Source of the DNA: Haliotis cracherodii
Taxonomy: Eukaryota
Assembly: GCF_022045235.1 (NCBI RefSeq)
Contig: NW_027266264.1
Coordinates: 26,970,001 to 27,034,000 of the forward strand
Direction of reading: 5' to 3'
DNA length: 64,000 nucleotides
Made by a program: the position numbers and the translations under genes. Below, piece after piece: positions 37,603 to 50,605 of this stretch (position 1 is its first letter; each line of letters begins with the position of its first letter). The notes below the pieces were generated by a model that did not search any database, had not been told where the DNA came from, and saw nothing but the letters and a program-made list of their open reading frames with translations.

Positions 37603-39956
37603 ATACACAAAGAATCAATCAGTGATTAAAATATCATCTGAACGATTTAATTGAATTTGCTGAGATTGTCCATTGGCTCAGCTATTCGCCCTTCAATAAA
37701 ATAAACTTGCTCAATTGTACCCATCAGCTTCCTCTTTTGTGAGGGATATGCAAACAGGTAATACTACCGAGAAGAGCTCCTTTAAAGAATACACATGGTG
37801 GGATATCTTATCATTCCTGAGCCTGAAATAACCTGAAATATTCACCAGCAACAAGATTTATTGTCCTATTATGGTGGGAACTCTGATAAGGAACATCGGG
37901 TTATCATTTCTGTTATCAGGGTGTAAAGAGAGGCAAGAAATTCACTGGTTGCATAAACTGCTGCATGCCAAATGCCATGGAGTCAATAGGCAGCTACAAG
38001 TTCCTAAGAAATTCAGTGAAACCAATGTCTGAGAGACTCCCTTTAACAGGCATATTTCCCCCTCCTATATCACAGACCCGGAATCAGGTGTTTTAAGTGT
38101 CTAATTGTCCTGTCACATGCTTGAAGACATTTCAAGATGCAACCATGTGTTTTTTCAACCTGGCAGTTTAAAAAGCTTGGACAACTGAAACCTAAGATTA
38201 CGGAAGCGTTTTTTTGACTTTCTGATCTCCCTAAATGTGTATTTTCATTCAATAAAAACATAGCCAGATAGCTAAATCAACAGTGGCGCCCTCAGCATGT
38301 TCTAAGGGAGATAAGTGATATATGAAGCTCACCACTAAATACACATCAACACTCTTAGCGATTGAGTTACACCCCCAAAGAGGACAACTTTTTGTGTGCA
38401 GGAGATGCTTTTTGCCTTAGGGTAGAGAATAAGAATATACATATCTCACCAGAATGTCTACTCGTGATGATGATTGAGGTCTACGTGAACAAGTTGCCAG
38501 ATGCAGAAAAAGTAGTGCACATACTGCACACCACATTTCACCAAAACAATTGACACTCTGCTTTGAGAGTAACACATTGTATAAACACGGCTGATTTTCC
38601 CTATGAGAAAAACAGCCTCCCTCCCATGGCGTTTGAGGATTATGTCATTAGAAATCCCATACATTCACCAGTGGAGCAGGGAAGATGAAATATGGAGCCG
38701 AGTTCTGTCTTATCAGCAGAATTTGAGAAATTTGCAGAAAATACAACTGAAGCAAATATTTTGCTTGTATGTTTAAATCATAAGAAGATATTCTGAGCAA
38801 CACTTGTAATGTTAATAGTCTTTGGACGACTGATCTAGTGACTGGTGCAAAACTGAATTAAAAACGATTAAAAATGTGACAAGCTTTTATCAAATATATG
38901 AGATCTCTTAAACAATCTAACAATAAATTTGAAGTGCCTCACAAACAGTTTACATGTATTTTATGCACTGTGCACGCTGTATGGAGCATAAGCAAACACT
39001 GAATGCAGCTAACACATGAACACCTTACTTGCGAAACACCGGGTGTCATCCAGGATTTTCAGTGATCCATTCATATAATTTTCACCAGTTTGCAATTTAC
39101 TCTCAATAGCATCTGTTGTGGCAGATAATCTAGACTGATCATTCTCCGAAGTTGACGTTGTATTTTTACAGGCGAAGGCCACAAAGTAAGCTTGATTTAA
39201 TCAGCAATAGACAAGAGCCTCAAGCCTGTAAACAAAGGATGTCTGCAGCCATTACAGTTGACATGGGAGCAGCTGAACATTTGTGCATTTTTGTTGTACA
39301 AGAAAATCTCATATTTCCATCGAAATTCAAGTATGCCATACATCAACTAGACTGTAATGACTCTTCCCTCACAAAGGTCAAGGAAACTCTAAAATGACAA
39401 ACAAATTATTCATATTGTCAAGCAAAATGGCTGAACTTTCATCAGGCTGTTTCATTATTTATTTAATGAATGAAATCAAGCAGATGTATTGATCACACAA
39501 CAGTGATATTCTTCACTCTATTTCTATAAGAAGCTACGTGACCAAGGTCACAGTGACCTCTGGAATTAAATTATTGACTAAATTGACCAACATTGTGGAC
39601 ACAACCCTACAGTCATCAAGTGGTCATCTTGGACAAGACAAAGATGAAATCAATCAGATGAGCCGTCTTGGATTGGCCCTTGCCTGGCCAGTACTCCATT
39701 GATTCCTTTGTCTTGAGGCCCGTTATCTCTTGGGACCCTGCTCAACTTCAGATGAAATCATTGTCTCAAGGGTGATGTCAAGACAATATATAGAATATGT
39801 TTGTGTCTGTTCTCATTGTGTGAGGAGCTATAGTTCAGAGACACAATCACCACAGCAAGCAATAGCAAGAAGCACATCGCTTGTTCATGAGTGAGTTCAT
39901 GTTGTTTAATGCTCCGGTCAGAAATATTCCAGCTGCATCACATCATTTTGTAAGTT

Positions 39957-40367
39957 TTGCTTGTTTGTTTGTTGTTTAACACGCTCTCAGCAATAGTCCA
40001 GCTATATGACGGCAGTCTGTAAATAATCAAGTCTGGACCAGACAATCCAGTGATTGACATCATGAGCATCAAAACACGCAATTGGGATACGATGACATGC
40101 ATCAAAAACAAGTCAGTGAGCCTGACCACCCGATCCCATTAGTTGCCTCTTACAACAAGCATAGCTGCCTTTTACCATCTGTAAGTAATCATGTTGGAGC
40201 AATAACTTCAAGAGCAATGATCAATGCCTTCGTGGTATTACTGAACAAACCATCCGGTAACACAGTGTAACAACCAAATCCTTGTGAGTCAGCCTTTATA
40301 ACAAGTATGAGCTGCTAAGGACCTATTCTGCCCTGGTATTCCTGGTCACAAAAGATTCCAACCACCT
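39957..40367 (-). mobile_element. Family B chimeric subfamily, copy 1
   Basis: Carries an insert of about 190 bp shared with 54878-55097. Confidence 0.88.
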
Positions 40368-40450
40368 CATGGCTGCTTGTGAAGTAACCCAGTCTGCACC
40401 AAGCAAACCAATGGTAACTAACATGGGCACTGAACCACACACACAGAGTA

Positions 40451-40584
40451 TGAGTGAGTATGGTTTCATGCTGCTTTTAGCAATATTCGCGACGGGGTAC
40501 ACTAGAAATGGGCTTCACACATAGTACCCATGTCGGGAATCGAACCTGCGAACACTTTAACCACTAGGCTACCCAACCGCCCCT
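40451..40584 (-). mobile_element. SINE family A
   Basis: TSD cacagagtatga (40442-40453 and 40585-40596). Confidence 0.9.
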
Positions 40585-42364
40585 CACAGAGTATGAAAAC
40601 ATGCAGTCATGTCATATCTGTGGGGATTCTGAGTAAGAATATTGGTCCCCAGCAAATATACTTGTAAGCAACTATATGTATAGTGGTCAGGCTTGGGACT
40701 TGGTTGTATGTCGACATGTCACAACTGATGCTCCTGATGTAAACCTCTGGATTGTCTCGTCTAGACTGGATTATTTACAGGCCACTGTCATGCAGCTGTA
40801 GCATGGCTGCGTGTGGCACACACTCAAGGATGAGGGTGGGTCTTCCCTTGTCACTAGTCACCCATCCAACAATATGCATATCAAGCAGCTTCCATGACTA
40901 TCTAATTCCAAGAACCTCAGAACATCCACTGATCTGAAGACCGATGTGGTCCAATAATACATGAATATGCTGAATATGAGGCTCTGGTTGTTCATCTCAG
41001 GGAACACTGCAGCTTTGGGAAAGCAACAAGGAGAATGGCAGTGGTAAACAAAATGCTGGGCCTTTGCTAGTGAATGAAGTCAAGGAGCCCAGTTAACCAG
41101 TAGTTACTAACCCACACCAGGATGACCTAGTTTGTTGATATACTAATTAATAGTCATATCTTGCATGCCACAGGCAACTGCTCTAGGAAGAATATATAAT
41201 TAATGCTCAGTGGGTTTTTTAGACATTCTTTTCGACACCAGTTGGCCTGCTGGTGGGTATAGTGCTTAATCTGGGATTCACACACTGATTGTGCCCATAT
41301 GTGGAATCAAACTTGGATTTGTGTGTTATCAGCGAACATACCAACAGGCTAACCCTAACAGCCCCTAAGACCAATGAGGTTCTGGAGCTCACATGCTAAT
41401 ATCAGAATCAGAAATCTTGTTTCCGCCATTTAGCATTGCAGTTTAGGGTTTGCTTTGAGATTATATTTTTTCAGGTTGACATCAATGAATAATTTCTGTA
41501 GGACTGCAACTGGATGGGCATTTAGTTTGTAAATGAATGAATATCAGCTTAAATGTTAAAGGAATTATTCATGAAACTTAAAAAACTGTCAAAACTGCAA
41601 AATAGATTCACCTGCCAAATCTAATGAAGCGAGTATCAAAATGGCTTTAGCAAAGTATCTTTCTGATCGATCTAACACCATAAAATAATCTCACCAATTT
41701 CAATCAGATCAAAACCATAATATCATATGATACTGAAACCAAAACGCTTAACATCATGAAAATATCAATACAAATCTGTTCTTGTGAAGGAGTCAGTTTG
41801 GTACTGTTTTTCTGGACATTGTGATAACCATACATCAGGATGTTATAAAATCCCCAAACCACCTCCAAGCTGGAGACAAAACCCTGACAGGACGAGCTTC
41901 CTGGTTCTGTGAACTCTGATCACATCCCAGGGCCAGGTCTCGGAGTCACGCTAACATTGTCAGATCAATGGTGAGCCAATGTCCCACAGGAATCCAGTTC
42001 GGGTGAAGTTATCACATGTTCAATCAGCAGTAATAATACCATGGACATGGGGAATCCTGTAAGGGCGGAGTTTGTCAATACAGGGGTGCAGCAAGGAAAA
42101 CATGTTCGTCAGGTCTCTTTACTGTTGAGGTAAAATTACAACTCGGGATGCTTGATAGAGTTTGTGTTGGTAATGTTGGCCAATAATGATTAATACTGGG
42201 AATTGGGGACATGGACTGTAAACGGTTCAAACATATTTCATTGACTGAGATCTTACAAGGTATAAAATTACTGACTGGGTTGTTCCAATTGTAAAAGTCA
42301 GAGTGAGTGAGTGATTTGGGTAGAATACTGTAAACTTAGGACATGGCATGGCATTGCATGGCTT

Positions 42365-42505
42365 GAGTGAGTGAGTGAGTGAGTGAGTGAGTGAGTGAGT
42401 GAGTGAGTGAGTGAGTGAGTGGGTGAGTGAGTGGGTGAGTGAATGAGTGAGAGTGGGTGGGTGAGTGGGTTAGTGAGTGAGTGAGAGTGGGTTTTTGGGT
42501 GTGTG
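42365..42505. repeat. (GAGT)n microsatellite decaying into GGGT variants, probably a SINE tail remnant
   Basis: Followed by ttttagcaata, as in SINE-A tails. Confidence 0.9.
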
Positions 42506-43824
42506 AGTTAAGTTTTTAAGCTGATTTTAGCAATACATAGATCAGGTGGCAGTGAAGAGGGTCTATTGAAAATCTGAAACATTTTATTTTGTAATGACAG
42601 CATTACAGCACATATTCTTGCCAAGTCATACCAGAGGTAAAGTCATCTGATAGCAGAATCTATTGCGAGTCTGATGGTATCTCAGTCCGACCGTTTCAAC
42701 AACAAAAAGATGAATAAATTACGGTTTGGAGACTTAAACAATACTCTTCCAACAAGTTTCAGAAAAAATACAACCTTCAACAAATTGGCATTACCTTTTG
42801 AAAGACTGTCAAAGGAAATTTCTGCCATGATTTGTCAATGAAAAGATCAAAGGAACTAAAGAAATTGCAGATTATCAAACATCTTGATAAAAATCATTAG
42901 CCTAAAAGGACATCTATGGCAACTGTCTAAACACAGGCAACACACAGCAAGTGAATAACCACTGCCACTAGCATACAGGACACAATCTGGGCAAGATCTG
43001 TTCAGTAATTCTAGGATCCCAATCACATATCCGTGCAATACGTGCCATATACCTCAGGCTATATCCCACATAAGTGGCATATCACAAAACTATCACTGAT
43101 AAGATGTTTCCCTGAGCTTCATGTCTGTCTGTTATTGATTCTGTGTTGTGAATGGTAAAAATGTATACACCCTGCAGATTGCTTTATAGTTTTTATGTTA
43201 TTACTAGTGTCTATTACAGACACCAGAGCATATATGTTGTGAAACATTCACCCCCATTGTCATCCCCTCCTTAGCTCCAGCAGCATATACCCTTTTCAGC
43301 TCTGAAATAAAGAGACTTCAGGATTCCTTAATACTCATAGGTTCCTTCATAAAAGTATTTTTATTTAACCTCATACTTAACTTTATTTCAGGTACTATAT
43401 GCTAGTTTACGTAATATGCATTTATAGGTAAATGAAACAGCTATATCCCTTCATCTTAATGTTAACTGTTTTGATTTCTATGAGAGTTAAAATAGTGGCA
43501 CATCCCTGCCACATAATCACCCAACATGAAGAGATCCCATGACAAAAGCCAGCAATACCAATATTGACATTTTCTAGACAACAAAAGACACCAGTTGTTT
43601 TCTCAACAACTGAAGAGCCCCTTTAAGACAAGTACCAACTGACCTGCCCATCTACAGCACACTGGGGTATTGTGACATCACAGTGAGTGTCATGTAACCT
43701 GATGCTCATGTCCAGTGTACCCTGTGTGTCCACCCAGAATAACCCGGTCATGGCTCCTGTGTCCTGACGGTTTGTGTAAGCAGTGATCAGTACACACCAG
43801 CAGCTTCATACACACACACACACG

Positions 43825-44570
43825 GCAGCAGGGCTGACTCCCATCACAGGCACACAACAGCAGGGCTGACTCCCTTCACAGGCACACAACAGCAGGGCTG
43901 ACTCCCTTTACAGGCACACAACAGCAGGGCTGACTCCAATCACAGGCACATAGCATCAGGGCTGATTCCAATCACAGACACACAACAGCAGGGCTGACTC
44001 CCTTCACAGGCACACAACAGCAGGGCTGACTCCAATCACAGGCACATAGCATCAGGGCTGACTCCCATCACAGGCACATAGCATCAGGGCTGACTCCCAT
44101 CACAGGCACATAGCATCAGGGCTGACCCCCAACACAGACACACAACAGCAGGGCTGACTCCCATCACAGGCACACAACAGCAGGGCTGACTTCCATTACA
44201 GGCACACAACAGCAGGACTGACTTCCATCACAGGCACACAACAGCAGGGCTGACTCCCATTACAGGCACACAACAGCAGGGCTGACTCCCATCACAGGCA
44301 CACAACAGCAGGGCTGACTCCCATCACAGGCACACAACAGCAGGGCTGACTCCCATCACAGACACACAACAGCAGGGCTGACTCCCATCACAGGCACACA
44401 ACAGCAGGGCTGTCTCCCATCACAGACACACAACAGCAGGGCTGACTCCCATCACAGGCACACAACAGCAGGGCTGACTCCCATCACAGACACACAACAG
44501 CAGGGCTGACTCCCATCACACACAACAACAGGGCTGACTCAAATCACACACAGCAGCAGGGTTGACTCAA
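43825..44570. repeat. 32 bp minisatellite (cagcagggctgactcccatcacaggcacacaa), about 23 copies
   Basis: Period 32 (gctgac at 44281 and 44313). Confidence 0.96.
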
Positions 44571-46240
44571 ATTATTATTTGATTAAATTCAGAAGTATGT
44601 TAACATTGTATTTTAACACTAAATTAAATGCAACAATGTAAACCTAAGCATGAAAGTCTCTTTTTTGGTCTTTTTTATAAGTGAAATCTACACATCCACA
44701 AAGCCATAATGTTACTTTTATCAATAACATGATTTTGGAAGTTTGTAATTCCAATTTGGGAAATTGTACTGGCATTATACTGACATTTGCTGCAAACTTG
44801 GGAATGAAAATTGGTCTCTTCAGCAGGATGAAATACATCCCTGAAAGACCTCAAAAACTGACCGAATCGAGAATAAACTGGTTTTTTTGTGAAACATGTT
44901 GGAATTTGTCAGTTTCTCAGAATTGCACTTTTAAATTGCACTCCCAAATAACTGCATAACCAGTCTCAACATCATGTGTTTTGTAGTCATGAATAAATAA
45001 TACAAGTGATATGTTTTGCATGTTTTCTTTAAAACAAATGCATTCCAGGTTAAAATAAACACACGCTTCCCTCACATATAATTCTATTTTGCAATAATCT
45101 ATTTTCAAGTACAACTCAAATTTGAAACAATGGCCAACATCCGGAATACATTGGAAAATTCAAAAACATTCCGTTTGCCAGATTAGGTCTATTTTCTTTC
45201 AAAGCAACTGTCAAATGGAGCCTATTACATAGCATTGTATACAGCACCTGTATATCTATGGTGCAAGCTGGCTGTCCTCTTTCACAGGGAAACTTGGTCC
45301 TATTTGTAAAACTGCACACATTTTCTGCATTAGCAATTACCATGTGTACATTGTTAAAAGCAATATGCTTGAAACAGGCAACTAGCTATTAGTGGTGTTC
45401 CCTGATGCACACATGTACAAGGCTAGGTTCTCGGGGAAACACTGATTGGTCAAGGAATTATTATTTCAGTCTGCATGTGACCCCTCTCTGTGCTGGAAGC
45501 ATCTCAGGGGTAAAAATATCCCAATATATCCAACAGCAGGATAGGAGGCAATAATGCTTCATGACCCGACCATTTGATGTCGACACTGCATCCGCTTCCT
45601 CAGAGTGTGATGACTCAATCTCTGGAAACAATAGAGAATCTAGGGAAGGAAGCAGATACCTGTTGTTCCTCGTCACGATGGAGTTGGTCTGGTGTAGTGC
45701 TGTAATGGTCTACTTATGTTGTATATCTGGGCCAAACCAAGCTTGACACTGTGCCAACAATTTACAGTCTTCCGCTATCTCGTCAATATAAATTATTTTG
45801 GTTGAAATTTGTTTATTTTATACATTTTCGGGTGATACCAAACTGCTGATCCCATCTCTCAAGAGCCGACCAATTACTGCTTCCGATGATGAAAGTCTGG
45901 GAATGTGGGTACACCTGCCCACAGAAGGGGGCGAAGAACTTATCAAATTGTGCATGTCAGCTTGACTTTAGAATGGGTGAAGTAGGTGTAAACTATCAGG
46001 TGATGAAGACATCAGAGCAGTTATGGTGCACTTCATACTTACATTAATGGTTGTACTGGAACATTACAACTGCAACAAGTCTATCCTGTTATCTCTAACA
46101 CATCGTATTTTTTATAAACTGGCCATGTCACTTTGACATTTAAGAAAGAAGCTACAGTATGGATTCATACGCCAGGCTTGTCTCAAGCCTGGGTCTAGTC
46201 AAATTTCTTTTGGTCTAGTAAGTTCATATAGTAACACTAA

Positions 46241-46442
46241 TGAGTGAGTGAGTGAGTGAGTGAGTGAGTGAGTGAGTGAGTGAGTGAGTGAGTGAGTGAG
46301 TGAGTGAGTGAGGTTTTACGCCGCTTTTAGCAATATTCCAGCAATATTACGGCAGGGGACACCCGAAATGGGCTTCAAACATTGTACCCATGTTCGGAGT
46401 GACGAGCGAAAGCTTTAACCACTAGGCTACCCGACTGCCCCA
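46241..46442 (-). mobile_element. SINE family A with expanded (ACTC)n tail
   Basis: Consensus body with B box deleted, plus about 18 GAGT units. Confidence 0.9.
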
Positions 46443-46859
46443 ATGCCTACTTGAGATTATGTCAAGTTCAGGTGCGAAGATGTTTGTCAACCGTCTCTCA
46501 GATCTCTTATGTGTTGGTACATATAATACTCCTTTGTTGTGTTCTCTCTCACATAGATCTGTTACATGTAATGTCAACCACAGTGCTCACATAAATCTAT
46601 CAGGACCAGTGGCATTGACAATGGAAGCTATTTCAGCGTATGATGATCTTTTTCTCATGTCTGTTTAGTGTCACTAGACTGCATGTCACAGTGACACAGT
46701 TACAGGCGGTTCACCTGCTAACTGACCTCCATGAATACAATGGGGAGAGGGAGTGTTTCACATGCTGGTTACCCCTCAGATCTTAGGCTGTTTCTGTCCT
46801 GCCCACACACGTTTTAATCCCACTGTATCAATAACAGACCTGTGAAGACCCTTATATTG

Positions 46860-47115
46860 AATATACACTCATGGTGTGTGTATATACCCAATGTTATAAA
46901 ANNNNNNNNNNNNNNNNNNNNNNNNNNNNNNNNNNNNNNNNNNNNNNNNNNNNNNNNNNNNNNNNNNNNNNNNNNNNNNNNNNNNNNNNNNNNNNNNNNN
47001 NNNNNNNNNNNNNNNNNNNNNNNNNNNNNNNNNNNNNNNNNNNNNNNCTGAATATCCCCCATGGTGTGTGTATATACCCAGTGTAATAACACACCTTGAA
47101 CATCCCTCATGGTGC

Positions 47116-47158
<43 letters not shown>

Positions 47159-48105
47159 CCCAGTGTAATAACACATCCTGAACATCCCTCATGGTGTGTG
47201 TGTGTGTATATATATACTCAGTGTAATAAGTCTCATGACACCAATTGTTGTGTATACCCTGTGTACTAAGTCCCGTAACACCTAGCGTTGTGTATGCCTA
47301 GTGTAATAAGTACCATAACACCTACTGTTGTGTATGCCCAGTGTAATAAGTCCCGTAACACCTACCGTTGTGTATACCTAGTGTAATAAGTCCCGTAACA
47401 CCTACCGTTGTGTATGCCCATTGTAATAAGTCCCATAACACCTACCGTTGTGTATGCCCAGTTTAATAAGTCCCGTAACACCTACCGTTGTGTATACCCA
47501 GTGTAATGAGTCCCGTAACACCTACTGTTGTGTATGCCCAGTGTAATAAGTCCCGTAACACCTACCGTTGTGTATACCCAGTGTAATAAGTCTCATGACA
47601 CCTAGCGTTGTGTATACCCAATGTAATAAGTCCCGTAACACCTAGCGTTGTGTATGCCTAGTGTAATAAGTACCATAACACCTACTGTTGTGTATGCCCA
47701 GTGTAATAAGTCCCGTAACACCTACCGTTGTGTATACCCAGTGTAATAAGTCCCGTAACACCTACCGTTGTGTATGCCCATTGTAATAAGTCCCATAACA
47801 CCTACCATTGTGTATGCCCATTGTAATAAGTCCTGTAACACCTACCATTGTGTATGCCCAGTGTAATAAGTCCCGTAACACCTACCGTTGTGTATGCCCA
47901 GTGTAATAAGTCCCGTAACCACCATCATTGTGTATGCCCAGTGTAATAAGCCCTGTAACACCTACCGTTGTGTATGCCCATTGTAATAAGTCCCGTAACC
48001 ACCATCATTGTGTACGCCCAGTGTAATAAGCCCTGTAACACCTACCGTTGTGTTTGCCCAGTGTAATAAGTCCCGTAACCACCATCCTTGTGTATACCTA
48101 GTGTC
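46860..48105. repeat. 40 bp minisatellite (gtgtaataagtcccgtaacacctaccgttgtgtatgccca), preceded by related (TG)n-containing units
   Basis: Period 40 from 47221, about 22 copies; variant block repeats at 47271 and 47631. Confidence 0.95.
46902..47047. other. Assembly gap (146 N)
   Basis: N run. Confidence 1.
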
Positions 48106-48869
48106 TACAGGTCCTTGAGTAATGACCACAAAGTTACACATGATATATCAGATTGTGCGCATGTTAGTCCAGACTATCTTGGTATGCAATCTGCAGCAAC
48201 ACATGACATCTGATGGCTGCGCGGTGCACAAACACGGAACAGTAAGATGAACTCTGAAGATAGTGTACACAGACTAATTTGCTCTGTTGTGATGCATGTT
48301 TTACATCCATGGAAACCACTCACTGTTTCTTCTGTGCACACACAACACAAACCTCTGCTTCAACATATACACAAGTCCCACACAAAGAACATGCACAAAG
48401 TGAAACAACTCCCTGTAAACATACAACAGCTTTGCATGCATTATTGAACTCTATTTCGTCCATAAAATACATATTTATTATTGTTTGTTGTTAAATGCCA
48501 CACTCAGCAATATTCCAGCTATAAATAATTGAGTCTGGGCCAAGCAATCCAGTGATTGCTATTGTAAACAACAATCCATGCTATTATTGATATTTATTAT
48601 TGATGTCAGACAAATGAAAATACCTTTGCAGAATATCTATAAAAAGAGTTATCTTCATGGCAAGAGGAAAGCAGCTTTGAACTTGTTAAGAATTGGAGCA
48701 GACAATCCAGTGGTCAATAGTATGAGCTTCAACACCATCATGACAGCTTAATAACAAACTAAATTATAGGTGAGGTGAAACAGGGTCTAAAATCCTGTTA
48801 AAGATTATTGAGCTTACATAGTGGCATGCATGCACATCTGTGTGTGTGTGGCTGATTGTGCTGGTCCGG

Positions 48870-49060
48870 ACTGGTGCCGATTTATCGTGCTAGCTCACTG
48901 AGAAACCATACTGCAGTTGAACATGAATACCCCACTTAGACACAGACAGGGTAACAACAAGTACCATCTTTTAACATCTTTTAGTATGACGAGGCTGGCA
49001 TTGAACCCCAGAACTTCCGCTTTCCGGGCAGACGCTCTACCACTAGACCACGGAGGTGAT
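48870..49060 (-). mobile_element. Family D SINE, second copy
   Basis: cagacagggtaacaacaagtaccatctttt shared with 11229-11258. Confidence 0.78.
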
Positions 49061-49238
49061 TGAACTAAATCAAAAGCAGCAGCTGCATCGACTCCAGGGA
49101 GCCACCATCCAATCCATCCTTTGCTGTAGCGGCCATTCAGTTGCCTCTCAAGACAGACATGGAGAACTCAGTAAGCACCCTACTATCTGTCTGAGAGCCA
49201 GGTTATAGTGAGTTAAAGCTGAGTAAAGTGGAACTCAC

Positions 49239-49313
49239 CTAAATGACCCCAGTCTTCTCCCCCTTGGCACAAGGCAGAATGTGGAATTGTACAATAACTT
49301 CTTATAGTCATAC
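49239..49313 (-). CDS. EXT1: EXT1 internal exon (GT47 exostosin domain): [25 protein letters not shown]
   Basis: 75 nt, CAG acceptor (49314-49316), GTGAGT donor, phase 2/2. Matches human EXT1 [25 protein letters not shown], including the G339/R340 equivalents. Too short for the ORF track. Confidence 0.96.
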
Positions 49314-49399
49314 CTGTAACAGAGAAATACAGAGATAAGTATCAATAGAATCAGCACCACACAAAAGGAACAATAGTTATGAGGTTGTGAAATCAAATG

Positions 49400-49660
49400 G
49401 TGAGTGAGTTGGGTTTAACGCCTCTTTTAACAGCATTACAGTTATATCACGGTGTGTCAGCTTAATGTAGGAGGAGACGTTTCAGACGTTTACCACTTCG
49501 GTGAAACCCACGAGCACGGGTATGTTGCTGACAAACCTAGAAACATAATCAGGGCGAACCATGATTCAAACCCACAATCATAGGTTTCTGGCGTGCCCAA
49601 GGGATGCAACTCTGCACAGCGAATCGTGGCGCCTTAGACGACTGGGCCACCCGTGACCCC
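49400..49660 (-). mobile_element. SINE family C
   Basis: TGGCCCAGTCGTCTAAGGCG A-box region and GGGTTTGAATC B box. Confidence 0.9.
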
Positions 49661-50605
49661 TGACTAAAGTAGAAACCTGGCTAAGCTTGAAACTGTCGAC
49701 TCTAGACATGAAGAAGAACAAACTTAACAAACTGGCAAACATTGCACTTGATGTAAGGTTACATCTGGTTAAATGGTCACTAGTGTAAGTGGACACTTGA
49801 GGGTGTATCAGAAAGTGGACACTATGTTTAAATGCATTACTGGCGGCTAATTTGCTTGCAAAGTGTGCATCTCATTCCTCTCCCTTCAAAGGAAGTCTAT
49901 CACATGTAAAAGTCCATGTAAAAACTCCATGCATTTAATCATCAGAAACTAATTACATCATCTGCCATTACTGTCTTCCAAAGACTCATTGTTTCATTAA
50001 GCACATGGAGCTCCCATTCATCCCCTTTGTAACATAAATCACATCACATAAGCAGCTATCAGCAGCATAAAATTCGTGGGGCAGCTATCTCATCTCCCAG
50101 AATATGATAACAAGGGATCTGATGGCACCAGCATACATGAACACACTCATTTCTCCCTTATCCTGGAAACCCCGAGATGTGATTCCTTCCTTGCTTATGT
50201 ACAGCTGTCATCGGATGAGATATTATGTATTTCCTTAAGATAACTTCTCCTGCAGGGCTATTACCACACTGTCACTCCGAAGCATGGGGAACATACAGCA
50301 GCAAGGAGATGGAGATACGACACAAACTCCCCAAACTTTACTGCTGATCTACAGAAGCTGGTGCACATTCAGAGCTGGTGGGTTTAGTTCTTGATGTTGG
50401 CACTTTACGATGATGACCGGATACTGTGGACACTCATTAACTCAAACCCCTTAAACTCGATATCATAAACCTTGTAAGTGACTTCATGTTGTGTTTCTTG
50501 AAAGCTCAGCAACTACTGGTTGGAACATATTCAAAATGACATCAACACATTATCTATACCCATTATTTACTTGTCCATAAGTATTGTCACTGAAATGGTA
50601 CAGCC

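Noticed and set aside
44620-45360. Possible Kolobok-like element (aacaatgta/tacattgtt inverted match near TTAA); similar hints at 10450-10755
   Set aside because: TIR too short and degenerate, and the TSD is not clean.
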